Under the pieces are notes generated by a model. That model did no database searches and was not told the DNA's origin. It saw only the letters and a list, made by a program, of their open reading frames with translations. The position numbers and the translations under genes are program-made. DNA of 64,000 nt from Microbacterium sp. (lineage in GTDB: Bacteria > Actinomycetota > Actinomycetes > Actinomycetales > Microbacteriaceae), in NCBI GenBank assembly GCA_017744855.1, contig JAGIAK010000004.1, positions 811-64,810 on the forward strand, given 5' to 3'. Below are positions 1 to 9,504 of the stretch, piece after piece; within the stretch, counting starts at the first letter, position 1; each line of letters begins with the position of its first letter.

Positions 1-4
1 CTCT

Positions 5-107
5 CCCAGAAGACGCATCCCGCCCGGACGGACCATCCAGCCCAGACGGCGCACCCGGCCCAGAAGGCGCATCGTGCTCGAACGACGCATCCCGCCCGGA
101 CATCCCG
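5..107. repeat. Imperfect 18-bp tandem repeat, about 5.5 copies (CCCAGAAGACGCATCCCG-like)
   Basis: Units start at 5, 23, 41, 59, 77 and 95 (last partial); intergenic, downstream of the monooxygenase; may extend beyond the window edge. Confidence 0.75.
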
Positions 108-138
108 TCCTCGCGCCGTCGTGGCGCGTGCTCGGTAC

Positions 139-1383
139 TCATGCCGTCACGCTCAGCGACGGGCGTTCGTTGAGGATCTCGGGAAGGAACCCCGCCGCGG
201 TCTTGTAGTCGGCCGCGATCCGCTCGCGCTCCGCGCGCGGCACGACCTCGTCGATGTCGGCGAAGCCCTGCGGGGCGCGCTCGGCGGCGAGCAGCATCAC
301 GCGCTCCGGACCGGTCGCCCTGGTGCCGACGAGCAGCGCGGTCATGGCGGGCCGGCGCGCTTCCTCATAGCGGGCGAGCGCCTCGTCGACGGTGTCGGCC
401 GTCGCGAGGTGGAAGGCAAGGGTGCGGGCATCGATGATCGCCTGTGAGCCGCCGTTCGAGCCGTTCGGGTACATGGCGTGCGCGGCGTCGCCGATCAGCG
501 TGGTGCGGCCGAACGTCCATTGCGGCAGCGCGTCCCGGTCGACCATCGGATATTCCAGGATCTCCTCGGCGCCGGCGATCGCCGCCGGCACGTCGAGCCA
601 GTCGAAGCGCCAGTCGCGGAACAGGTCGGCGATCGGGGCGGGGTCGACCGCACGGTTCCAGTCGACGTCCGGCGTGGCGTCGATGCGCTTCTCTGCGATG
701 AAGTTCACGAGCATCGTGCCGTCGGCATCCGGCTCCGACAGCGGGTACGCGACGAACTTCTGCTCCCCGTCGCCCGCCATCACCATCGTGCGGCCGTCGA
801 GGAATGCCGGGATGCGGGTGACGCCGCGCCACAGGGTGAGGCCGCTCCACGGCGGGGCGCCCTCCGTCGGGTACCGCAGAGCGCGAAGGGCGGAGTGGAT
901 GCCGTCGGCGCCCACGATGACGTCGGCGGTGACCTCGACGTCGCCGTCGTCGGTCGCGAAGGTCGCGGTCTCGGTGCCGTCGGCGTTCGAACGGACGCCG
1001 GTGAGGCGGTGCCCGAGTCGGATGGGCTCGGCGAGCCGCGCCTCGGCGAGGTCGCGCAGGGCGAGCTGGAGGCGTCCGCGGTGCACCGACAACTGCGGCC
1101 AGCGGTAGCCGGCATCGAGCCCGCGCGGCTCGCTCCAGATCGCCTGCCCGAAACGGTTGAAGTACGCCAGGGTGCGCGGGGCGACCCCGAGCGCGGCGAC
1201 CGTGTCGGCGACGCCGAGCTCGGTGAGCTCGCGCAGCGCGTGGGGGAGCAGGTTGATGCCGACTCCGAGCCCGCGGATGCTCGCGCTGCGCTCGTACACG
1301 GCGACGTCGGTCACCCCTGCCTCGTGCAGGCTGACGGCGGCGGCGAGTCCGGCGATGCCGGCGCCGGCGATGACGATCCTCAT
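139..1383 (-). CDS. FAD-dependent monooxygenase (salicylate hydroxylase/PhzS-like)
   Basis: N-terminal GAGIAG Rossmann motif, GADGIHS and LIGDAAHAMYP motifs; GGAGGA RBS upstream. Confidence 0.9.
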   Translation of the reverse strand: MRIVIAGAGIAGLAAAVSLHEAGVTDVAVYERSASIRGLGVGINLLPHALRELTELGVADTVAALGVAPRTLAYFNRFGQAIWSEPRGLDAGYRWPQLSVHRGRLQLALRDLAEARLAEPIRLGHRLTGVRSNADGTETATFATDDGDVEVTADVIVGADGIHSALRALRYPTEGAPPWSGLTLWRGVTRIPAFLDGRTMVMAGDGEQKFVAYPLSEPDADGTMLVNFIAEKRIDATPDVDWNRAVDPAPIADLFRDWRFDWLDVPAAIAGAEEILEYPMVDRDALPQWTFGRTTLIGDAAHAMYPNGSNGGSQAIIDARTLAFHLATADTVDEALARYEEARRPAMTALLVGTRATGPERVMLLAAERAPQGFADIDEVVPRAERERIAADYKTAAGFLPEILNERPSLSVTA

Positions 1384-1422
1384 CGATCCTCCTTCGCGCG
1401 CTCACCCTGAGTCGCGCGAAGA

Positions 1423-1441
1423 TAGTTTTGCAACAAAACTA
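1423..1441. promoter_or_regulatory. Perfect palindrome TAGTTTTG-CAA-CAAAACTA, putative operator of the monooxygenase gene
   Basis: AT-rich 8-3-8 inverted repeat 40 bp upstream of the start codon in a GC-rich background. Confidence 0.6.
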
Positions 1442-1704
1442 GTGGGCGCGCAAGGGGCGCGGGGTGCGGACGCGGCGACGCCTCAGTGGGCACCTGCTGC
1501 GGGTATCGGTCCGTCGAAGCGGCATCACGCGCCAGCGAGTGGCAGTACACCTCACTCGCTTGGCAGTCGTGGAGGGAATCCGGGGTCGATTCGCGCAGTA
1601 ACAGCCATGCGAAGAAGGCCGGCCCCGCAGCCTCACGCAGCAACTGCCATGCCACGCGGTGGACCTCGTCACGACCTGGCAGACCTCGCGAGTCCCCGAC
1701 GGGG

Positions 1705-2367
1705 CTACGCGCGGGCGGCGGCGCGCTCGGCCGACTCGATGATCACGTCGACGCCGAGGAGGAACAGTTCGCGGTCCTGCAGCTCCGATAGCAGCACGCC
1801 GTTCTCGGCGATCAGCGGGAAGCGGCGCGGGTCGGCGAGCAGTGGCGCGTCGATCCACGGGCTGTCGTCCTCATCCTCCGGGCGCTCGGCGCGCGCCCTG
1901 GCGATGCCGGCGGCGACGGAGAGGATGTGTGAGGCGAGCAGCGCGTAGTGCCGAACGAGGTCCTGGTCGCGCAGGCCGGCGCGGTGGAACGCGTCGAGCA
2001 TGAGTTCGATCGCCGCGAGCTCGCCGGAACCGTGGGTCGTGAGCGTCGTCGCCTCGGCGCCGATCGCCGGGTAGCGGGTGAACGACGCGAGAGTCGCCTC
2101 GCTCAGCATCCGGAGTCGTCCCTGCCAGTCGTCCAGCGGGAGATCGACGGATGCCGCCGCTTGCGCATTGAGCTCGTCGAGCAGTGCGCCCATCAGCGCG
2201 TCCTTGCTCGCGAAGTGGCGGTAGATCGCCGTGGGGTCCGCACCGAGCCTGGTGCCGAGATCGCGTACCGAGATCGACGCGACCCCCGTCGCGGCCAGCT
2301 CCATCCCGGCGTCGATGATCAGCGCGCGGTCGAGCCTCGCGCGGGTGGATGCCCTGTCGTTCGCCAT
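1705..2367 (-). CDS. TetR/AcrR family transcriptional regulator
   Basis: N-terminal HTH (SVRDLGTRLGADPTAIYRHFASKDAL); divergent from the amidohydrolase operon. Confidence 0.92.
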   Translation of the reverse strand: MANDRASTRARLDRALIIDAGMELAATGVASISVRDLGTRLGADPTAIYRHFASKDALMGALLDELNAQAAASVDLPLDDWQGRLRMLSEATLASFTRYPAIGAEATTLTTHGSGELAAIELMLDAFHRAGLRDQDLVRHYALLASHILSVAAGIARARAERPEDEDDSPWIDAPLLADPRRFPLIAENGVLLSELQDRELFLLGVDVIIESAERAAARA

Positions 2368-2444
2368 CGTGTCTCCGGTCGTCCTTGCTCCATCGTGCCA
2401 CGGCGGGCGTCGATGTCATGCAGCAGAGTACGCGTGGCCAGCAA

Positions 2445-2488
2445 CAATGACAACAGTGTTGACATTGCCGATGACGGGCGGATACCGT
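2445..2488 (+). promoter_or_regulatory. TetR-type operator overlapping a sigmaA-like promoter
   Basis: Near-perfect palindrome CAATGACAACAGTGTTGACATTG (2445-2467) contains TTGACA (2459); TACCGT follows 18 bp later (2483). Confidence 0.7.
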
Positions 2489-2528
2489 GGTGCGATCCAG
2501 CAGCTTCGACGACGAAGAAGGGCGCACG

Positions 2529-4184
2529 ATGACGAGCGACATCATCTTCCACGGGGGTCCCGTGTTCACCGGGAGCGGTACGCCGCTCGAGAACCACGCG
2601 GTCATCGTCCGCGGCGACCGCATCATCGCGGTGGTGCCGGAGGCGGATGTCGACCAGGCATCCGACGCGCGCCGCATCGATCTGCGCGGCGCTCTCCTCG
2701 CGCCGGGCTTCCAAGACGCGCACATCCACCCCGTCGGCGCCGGCATCGAACTGCTGCAGTGCAACCTGACCGACGCGGAGAACGCCGAGCAGACCGTCGC
2801 GCTCATCCGTGCCTACGCCGAGGCGAATCCCGACGAGGAGTGGATCCTCGGCGGCGGCTGGGGCATGGACCACTATCCGGGCGGGAACCCGCCTCGCCGA
2901 CTCCTCGACGAGGCGGCCGGCGGCCGGCCCGTGCTGCTGCAGAGCCGCGACCACCACAGCACCTGGGCCAGCACCGCCGCGATCGAGCGGGCAGGCATCA
3001 CGGCCGAGACGCCCGACCCCGAGGACGGACGCATCGTGCGCGAGGCCGACGGCTATCCCGCCGGCACCTTCCACGAGGGCGCCGGCGATCTGTTCGAGCA
3101 CGTGCGCCCCGCCACGTCTGACGAGCTCGCCTACCAGGGACTGCTCCGCGCCCAGGAGGAGCTCATCCCCCTCGGCATCACCGGCTGGCAGGACGCGATG
3201 GTCGGCGCCGGTGTCGCCGGTATCGCCGACCCCCTCGCGGCGTACGAGCGCGCGATCGACGAGGGCACCCTCAAGGTGCACGTCGTCGGGTCGCAGTGGT
3301 GGGTGCGCGACGGCGGCATCGACCAGGTGGAGCGGATGCTGGCGCGCCGCGAGGATGCCGCACGCCGGTACCCCGACCGCCGCCTCGACCTCGGCACGAC
3401 GAAGATCATGGTCGACGGCGTCGCCGAGAACCACACCGCGGCCATGCTCACCCCCTACCGTGACGAGCACGGGCACGACACCTGCAACCACGGCCTCAGC
3501 TTCATCGAGCCGTCCGAGCTGCGCGGCTACGTCACCGCCCTCGACGCGGCCGGCCAGCAGGTGCACATGCACGCGCTGGGCGACCGCGCGGTGCGTGAGG
3601 CGCTCGACGCGCTGCAGCAGGCGCGCGAGGTGAACGGCGCCACCGACGGGAGGCACCACCTCGCGCACATCCAGGTCGTGGCAGAGGCCGATGCGCCCCG
3701 GTTCGCGGAGCTCGGCGCGATCGCGAACCTGCAGGCGCTCTGGGCCACTCACGAAGATCAGCTCGACGAGCTCACCCTGCCATTCCTGCAGGAGGGGCAG
3801 GAGGCGCGCCAGTACCCGTTCGGCGACCTCGACCGCGCGGGCGTGCGCTTCGCCGCCGGCAGCGACTGGCCCGTGTCGTCGGCCGACCCGATCGCCGCGA
3901 TCCACATCGCCGTGAACCGCACGGTTCCCGAGTCCGCGCAGGAGCCGCTCGGCGGCGCCCACCAACGCCTCTCGCTGGAGACCGCGCTCGCCGCGTACAC
4001 CTCAGGCAGCGCGTACGTGAACCGTCGCGACGACGACACCGGCAGCATCCGCGAGGGCTACCTCGCCAACCTCGTCGTGCTCGACCCGAACCCGTTCGCG
4101 GGCCCGGCATCCGACATCCACCGCACCCGCGTCTCCTCGACCTGGATCGAGGGGCAGCCCGTCTACACCCGTGAGGACTCCTGA
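2529..4184 (+). CDS. Amidohydrolase 3 family (YtcJ-like) metal-dependent hydrolase
   Basis: PGFQDAHIH, KIMVDG, HALGDRA and GSDWPV motifs; start placed at ATG 2529 after GAAGAAGGG. Confidence 0.9.
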   Translation: MTSDIIFHGGPVFTGSGTPLENHAVIVRGDRIIAVVPEADVDQASDARRIDLRGALLAPGFQDAHIHPVGAGIELLQCNLTDAENAEQTVALIRAYAEANPDEEWILGGGWGMDHYPGGNPPRRLLDEAAGGRPVLLQSRDHHSTWASTAAIERAGITAETPDPEDGRIVREADGYPAGTFHEGAGDLFEHVRPATSDELAYQGLLRAQEELIPLGITGWQDAMVGAGVAGIADPLAAYERAIDEGTLKVHVVGSQWWVRDGGIDQVERMLARREDAARRYPDRRLDLGTTKIMVDGVAENHTAAMLTPYRDEHGHDTCNHGLSFIEPSELRGYVTALDAAGQQVHMHALGDRAVREALDALQQAREVNGATDGRHHLAHIQVVAEADAPRFAELGAIANLQALWATHEDQLDELTLPFLQEGQEARQYPFGDLDRAGVRFAAGSDWPVSSADPIAAIHIAVNRTVPESAQEPLGGAHQRLSLETALAAYTSGSAYVNRRDDDTGSIREGYLANLVVLDPNPFAGPASDIHRTRVSSTWIEGQPVYTREDS

Positions 4185-5827
4185 TGAAGCGCACGATCCT
4201 GCGCGGCGGCGCCATCGCGTCCGCCGGCCTCCTGTCCGTCGTCGCCCTGGCCGCCTGCACGCCCGCAGCGGGTGGGGGCGGCGGCGCCGACGAACCGCTG
4301 GACTGGAAGGTCACGTCGACGACCGCGGCGCCGAGCGGCGACATCGACTCGTTCACCTTCGCCAGCTATGCGGAGCCCTACTCGCTCGACTACGCATACG
4401 CGTTCGACTACTCCGACAACCAGGTGCTCGCCAACGTCTGCGAGTCGCTGCTGCGCCTCAACCCCGACTTCTCGCTGACCCCGTCCTTGGCCGAGGCCGT
4501 CGATCACCCGACGCCCACGACCTGGGTCTACACGATCCGCCAGGGCGTGACCTTTCACGACGGCACCCCGCTCACCGCGGCCGACGTCGTCGCGTCCCTG
4601 TCGCGCCACCTCGACCCGGCCGTCGGGTCGTCGTGGTACTCCGTGTACCAGAACGTCGCCGACATCGCCCAGACCGGCGAGAACCAGGTCACGGTCACCA
4701 TGACCGGACCCGACTCGCAGTTCAACCTGTCGATGGGCGGCTCCGCCGGCGTCATCGAGTCGGCAGCGACGCTCGCCGCGAAGGGCTCGGACTACGGCAA
4801 CTCGACCGGCGGCGTGAACTGCACCGGCCCGTTCTCGCTCACCTCGTGGGAGTCGGGCGAGTCGATCACGCTGACGAAGTACGACGGCTACTGGGACAAG
4901 GACCTCGCCGCGCATGCGCAGAGCATGAAGTTCGTGTTCATGGGCGACGCCACCGCGCGCGTCAACGCGCTGAAGTCGGGCAGCGTCGACGGCGCATGGC
5001 AGATCCCGCTCGAGGCGGTGCCGCAGCTGCGGGCCTCAGGCAAGGGCGACGTGCTGTTCGGTGAGAGCACCGCGGTCGGGGACCTCGTGGTGTCGAACCT
5101 CGACGGCCCGCTGGGCGATGTGCGGGTGCGCAAGGCTCTGCTGCTCGCGATGGACCGCCAGGGGATGCTGCAGGCCGCGGCCCGCGGGGTCGGCGAGGTC
5201 ACCGACGTCTTCACGACGGAGTCGGTGTGGAAGGACGCCTCGGATGCCGCCCGCACGGCCGCGTTCGACGACATCACGCACTACGACCAGAACCTCGAGG
5301 AGGCGAAGAAGCTCATCGCCGACGCCGGCGTCGCGGGGGAGACCCTGACGTACGTGACGGCGCCCATCGGCAACGACTTCTCCGTGATCTCGCAGGCCAC
5401 CGCGGCCGCCGCCCAGTCGATCGGTCTGAAGCTGAAGATCGAGACAGTGAGCCCCGCCGCGTACACGTCGCTGTTCTCCGACCCCAGCGCCCGCGAGGGT
5501 GTCGACCTCTTCTACACGAGCTGGTATCTCTCCAGCCCCGATGCCCTGGAGATGTACTCGGTGCTGCGCACGGGCGAGTTCAGCAACTACGGCGGCTGGT
5601 CGAACCCCGAGTACGACAAGGTCGTCACCGCGGCGATCGCCACAGACGACCCCGCCGCCCGCAGCGAGCTCACGGCCAAGGCGCAGCAGATCGCCAACGA
5701 GGAGCTGCCGTGGCTGCCACTCTTCACCGGGCCGCTGCCGATGTTCCAGGGCGAGCGCATCAGCGGGGTCTCCCCGTCGATGGCGTTCCTCTACTACCCG
5801 TGGGCGGCCGAGATCGGCGCTCGATGA
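4184..5827 (+). CDS. ABC transporter substrate-binding lipoprotein (family 5, peptide/nickel)
   Basis: Lipobox LAAC, FHDGTPLTAADV and CTGPF motifs; overlaps the upstream stop codon. Confidence 0.92.
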   Translation: MKRTILRGGAIASAGLLSVVALAACTPAAGGGGGADEPLDWKVTSTTAAPSGDIDSFTFASYAEPYSLDYAYAFDYSDNQVLANVCESLLRLNPDFSLTPSLAEAVDHPTPTTWVYTIRQGVTFHDGTPLTAADVVASLSRHLDPAVGSSWYSVYQNVADIAQTGENQVTVTMTGPDSQFNLSMGGSAGVIESAATLAAKGSDYGNSTGGVNCTGPFSLTSWESGESITLTKYDGYWDKDLAAHAQSMKFVFMGDATARVNALKSGSVDGAWQIPLEAVPQLRASGKGDVLFGESTAVGDLVVSNLDGPLGDVRVRKALLLAMDRQGMLQAAARGVGEVTDVFTTESVWKDASDAARTAAFDDITHYDQNLEEAKKLIADAGVAGETLTYVTAPIGNDFSVISQATAAAAQSIGLKLKIETVSPAAYTSLFSDPSAREGVDLFYTSWYLSSPDALEMYSVLRTGEFSNYGGWSNPEYDKVVTAAIATDDPAARSELTAKAQQIANEELPWLPLFTGPLPMFQGERISGVSPSMAFLYYPWAAEIGAR

Positions 5828-6780
5828 CCGCCGCACGTCGCGTCGCCGGAAAGCTCGGCGGCCTGCTGCTGACGCTCTTCCTCGCGTCGCTGCTCGTCTT
5901 CTTCTCGCGCTTCCTCGTGCCGGGCGACCCCGTGAGCTTCCTGCTCCGGGGGCGCAAGCCGAGCCCGGAGGCCGTCGCGCAGGTCACGGCCCAGTACGGG
6001 CTCGACCTGCCGCCGGTCGAGCAGTATCTGCGCTGGGTCGGCGGCATCCTGCACGGCGACTTCGGCCGCTCGCTGCAGTTCCGTCAGGACGTGAGCGTCG
6101 TGATCGGGGATCGGCTGCCGGTCACGCTCACTCTCGTCGTCATGGCAGGCGCGATCATCGCGGTCGTCGGTCTCGTGCTCGGCACCGTCGCCGCGCTGAA
6201 CAGGGGGCGGATGCTGGACAAGGCCGTGCTCATCGGCCTCACCGTGCTCGGCGCGATCCCGTCGTTCGTCGGATCGATCGTGCTGATCGCCATCTTCTCC
6301 GTGCAGCTGGGCTGGTTCCCCTCGTTCGGCTCCGGCGACGGCTTCCTCGACACCGTGTACCACCTCGTGCTGCCGTCGATCGCGCTGGCGATCGTGTTCA
6401 TCGTGCTGGTCGGCAAGGTCACCCGCTCGGCCATGGTCGAGCAGCTCTCCCGCGAGCACGTGGAGGTGTCGACGAGCCGCGGCGTGAGGCGCACGATCGT
6501 GATCCGCCGGCACGTGCTGCGCAACGCGCTCGGCCCCATCCTCACGGTGAGCGGTGTGCTCGTCGCCGGCCTCATCGTCGCGAGCTCGATCGTCGAGGCC
6601 GCCTTCGGGCTGTCCGGCATCGGCTCGCTGCTCGTCCAGTCGGTCGACCGCCTGGACTTCCCCGTCGTGCAGGCCATCGTGCTGCTCGTGGTGACGGCGT
6701 TCGTCGTCATGAACGCGATCGTCGACATCCTCGAACCCTGGATCGACCCCCGGTCCGCCGCAGGAGCTGGTGCCAGATGA
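5824..6780 (+). CDS. ABC transporter permease (DppB/OppB-like)
   Basis: PGDP, GDFGRS and RHVLRNAL motifs; ATGA overlap with the upstream gene; C-terminal part of ORF 5227..6780. Confidence 0.9.
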   Translation: MTAARRVAGKLGGLLLTLFLASLLVFFSRFLVPGDPVSFLLRGRKPSPEAVAQVTAQYGLDLPPVEQYLRWVGGILHGDFGRSLQFRQDVSVVIGDRLPVTLTLVVMAGAIIAVVGLVLGTVAALNRGRMLDKAVLIGLTVLGAIPSFVGSIVLIAIFSVQLGWFPSFGSGDGFLDTVYHLVLPSIALAIVFIVLVGKVTRSAMVEQLSREHVEVSTSRGVRRTIVIRRHVLRNALGPILTVSGVLVAGLIVASSIVEAAFGLSGIGSLLVQSVDRLDFPVVQAIVLLVVTAFVVMNAIVDILEPWIDPRSAAGAGAR

Positions 6781-7643
6781 CCACCCCGACCCCCACGCTC
6801 GCCGTGCGGGTGCTGCGCGCGCCGCGCATCCCCCGTCCGCCGCTCCTCTTCGCGATCAGCGTCGTCATCCTCGTCGTCGTCACGCTCGCCGCGATCCTCG
6901 CGCCCTGGGTCGCGCCGTACGACCCCGACGCCGTCGACTTCACCGCGTTCTTCGCGCCCCCGTCGGCCGCGCACTGGCTCGGCACCGACGCGCTGGGACG
7001 CGACATCCTCAGCCGCATCATCTGGGGAGGCCGCACGGCCCTCATCGGACCGCTCGCCGTCGTCGTGTTCTCCACCGCCATCGGCATCCTGCTCGGCCTG
7101 CTCGCCGGGTGGCGCGGCGGCTGGATCGACGCTGTGCTCGGCCGCGTCTTCGACGTCCTCTTCGCCTTCCCGTCGCTGCTGATCGCGATCATGGCGGTCG
7201 CGCTGTTCGGCAAGGGGCTGCTCGCCCCTGTGATCGCGATGAGCATCTCGTACGCGCCGTTCGTCGCGCGGCTGACCCGCTCGCTCGTCGCCGCGGAGCG
7301 CACCCGCCCGTACGTCTCGGCCTACCGGGTGCAGGGCTTCGGCGGCGCGTGGATCGCGCTGCGACGAGTGCTCCCCAACGTCACCCCGATCGTCGGGGCG
7401 CAGTCGACCTTGAACTTCGGGTACGTGCTGGCCGAGCTCGCCGGTCTCTCCTTCCTCGGACTCGGCGTGCAGGCGCCGACGGCCGACTGGGGCGCCATGA
7501 TCAACGAGGCCCAGTCGGGCATCGCCGCAGGGCAGTTCCTCCCCGCGATCGCGCCGGCCGTGGTGGTCGTGCTCGTCGTCGTCGCCGTGAACGTCATCGG
7601 CGAGGAGCTGTCCGACCGCATCGGAGGATCGGAGTTCGCATGA
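6777..7643 (+). CDS. ABC transporter permease (DppC/OppC-like)
   Basis: HWLGTDALGRDILSR and LSFLGLG motifs; ATGA overlap. Confidence 0.9.
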   Translation: MTTPTPTLAVRVLRAPRIPRPPLLFAISVVILVVVTLAAILAPWVAPYDPDAVDFTAFFAPPSAAHWLGTDALGRDILSRIIWGGRTALIGPLAVVVFSTAIGILLGLLAGWRGGWIDAVLGRVFDVLFAFPSLLIAIMAVALFGKGLLAPVIAMSISYAPFVARLTRSLVAAERTRPYVSAYRVQGFGGAWIALRRVLPNVTPIVGAQSTLNFGYVLAELAGLSFLGLGVQAPTADWGAMINEAQSGIAAGQFLPAIAPAVVVVLVVVAVNVIGEELSDRIGGSEFA

Positions 7644-9217
7644 CCCTTCTCGACATCCAGGACCTCACGCTCGACCTGCCGAACGGCATCCGTCTCCTGC
7701 ACGGCATCTCGCTGTCGGTCGCCGCCGGCGAGACCGTCGGCCTCGTCGGCGAATCGGGGTCGGGCAAGTCGCTCACCGCGCGCTCCGTGCTCGGGCTGCT
7801 GCCCGACCGTGCCGTGGTCGGCGGCCGTGTGACTGTCGACGGCCGCTCGCCGCTCACGCCCGGCGCCGAGCGGCAGGCGATCCGCCGGCACGACGCCGCG
7901 ATGGTGTTCCAGGACCCGCGCGCCGGCATCAACCCGATGCGCACGATCGGCGATCACGTCACCGAGGCGCTGCGGCTGTGCGAGGGGCAGAGCCGGGACG
8001 CCGCGCGCGCCAGGGCGCTCGAGCTGCTGGAGGCCGTGCGCCTGCCCGCGCCGTCGGAGCATCTGGCCCAGCATCCGCACGAGCTGTCTGGTGGAATGCT
8101 GCAGCGGGTGATGATCGCGGGCGCGCTGAGCGCCGCGCCGAAGCTGCTCGTGTGCGACGAGCCGACCACCGCGCTGGACGTGACGACGCAGGCCGAGATC
8201 GTTCAGGTGCTGCGCGAGCTGTGCGCACGGAACGGCATGGGGATGCTGTTCATCACGCACGACCTCAACCTGGCGGGCTCGCTGTGCGACCGGCTCGTCG
8301 TCATGAAGGACGGCGCGGTGGTCGAGACCGGGCCGGCCGCGCGCGTGCTCGCCGCCCCCGAGGCGGAGTACACGCGGCGGCTGGTCGCGGCGACGCCGAA
8401 GCTGTCTGGCACGGTCGAGGTGCCGGCGGGCGGGTCGGACGAACAGCAGCTCGCGGTGTCGGGCGTCGGCAAGACGTACCGGCGCCGCGGGCGCGCGGAC
8501 GTCGCCGCGGTGACGGATGCCGAGCTCGTGATCCCGCGCGGAGGGTCGCTCGCCGTGGTGGGGGAGTCGGGGTCGGGCAAGTCGACGCTGGCCCGCATGA
8601 TCGTGGGGCTGGAGCAGCCGGATGCCGGGGAGATCCGCATCGGAGGACGCGTGGTGGGCGGCGTGCCGCGCACGCGCGCCGAACGGCTGGAGCGCGCGAA
8701 GAGCGTGCAGATGGTGTTCCAGGATCCGTACCTGTCCCTCGACCCTCGCATCCCCGCCGGCCGCGCGATCGAGGACGTGCTGCGGCTGCACACCGGCCGC
8801 ACGGCGGAGTCGGCGCGCGAGCGGGCTCAGGAGCTGCTCGACGCCGTCGGGCTCTCCGAGGAGCACTACCGCGCCCGGCCCCGCACGCTCTCGGGCGGAC
8901 AGCGGCAGCGTGTCGCGATCGCGCGGGCGCTCGCCGTGGAGCCGGAGCTGCTCGTGATGGACGAGGCCACCAGCGCGCTCGACGTCTCGGTGCAGGCGCA
9001 GGTGCTCGATCTCGTCGCCGGCATCCGTCGCTCCCAGGGCCTCACGCTGCTGTTCATCAGCCACGACCTCGCCGTGGTGCGCCGGGTGTGCGCCGAGACG
9101 ATCGTGATGCGCCGCGGGCGGATCGTCGAGGCCGGGCCGACGGAGCGCCTGCTCACGGATCCGCAGCACGAGTACACGCGGCTGCTCATCGACTCGGTGC
9201 CCGTGCCCGTGGGGTGA
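7640..9217 (+). CDS. ABC transporter ATP-binding protein with two fused ATPase domains
   Basis: Two GESGSGKS Walker A motifs and two LSGG signatures; ATGA overlap. Confidence 0.92.
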   Translation: MTLLDIQDLTLDLPNGIRLLHGISLSVAAGETVGLVGESGSGKSLTARSVLGLLPDRAVVGGRVTVDGRSPLTPGAERQAIRRHDAAMVFQDPRAGINPMRTIGDHVTEALRLCEGQSRDAARARALELLEAVRLPAPSEHLAQHPHELSGGMLQRVMIAGALSAAPKLLVCDEPTTALDVTTQAEIVQVLRELCARNGMGMLFITHDLNLAGSLCDRLVVMKDGAVVETGPAARVLAAPEAEYTRRLVAATPKLSGTVEVPAGGSDEQQLAVSGVGKTYRRRGRADVAAVTDAELVIPRGGSLAVVGESGSGKSTLARMIVGLEQPDAGEIRIGGRVVGGVPRTRAERLERAKSVQMVFQDPYLSLDPRIPAGRAIEDVLRLHTGRTAESARERAQELLDAVGLSEEHYRARPRTLSGGQRQRVAIARALAVEPELLVMDEATSALDVSVQAQVLDLVAGIRRSQGLTLLFISHDLAVVRRVCAETIVMRRGRIVEAGPTERLLTDPQHEYTRLLIDSVPVPVG

Positions 9218-9231
9218 GGGGGCGCTGCGCC

Positions 9232-9397
9232 GGTGTGTTCAGTTGGCGCGTGTTGTGGGTTTCAGGGGCTGATTCCCACAAGAAGTGCCAAGTGAGCGCG
9301 GATGTTGGCGGGCTGGTGTGTTCGGGTGGCGCGTGTTGCTGGTTTCAGGGGCTGAGTCCCACAAGAAGTGCCAAGTGAGCGCGGGTGTTGGAGGGCT
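9232..9397. repeat. Two 83-bp tandem units, each an imperfect ~60-bp hairpin (REP-like)
   Basis: Units 9232-9314 and 9315-9397 share CCCACAAGAAGTGCCAAGTGAGCGCG; the arms are reverse-complementary around a short loop. Confidence 0.85.
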
Positions 9398-9504
9398 GGC
9401 GTAGAGGCAGGGGAGGCTCCTCCACATCGCACTCCGCGTGCGACTTATCCACGGATGCGGGGATCGGCGTCATCGTCGCCTCGCGGCTGCGGAGACAGTG
9501 GTGC

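Noticed and set aside
1439-1858. Small ORFs between the monooxygenase and TetR genes
   Set aside because: No recognisable motifs, RBS or typical codon bias; the region looks like non-coding degenerate repeats.
9445-9453. DnaA-box-like TTATCCACG as a replication origin
   Set aside because: Single imperfect box, with no box cluster, AT-rich unwinding element or dnaA nearby.
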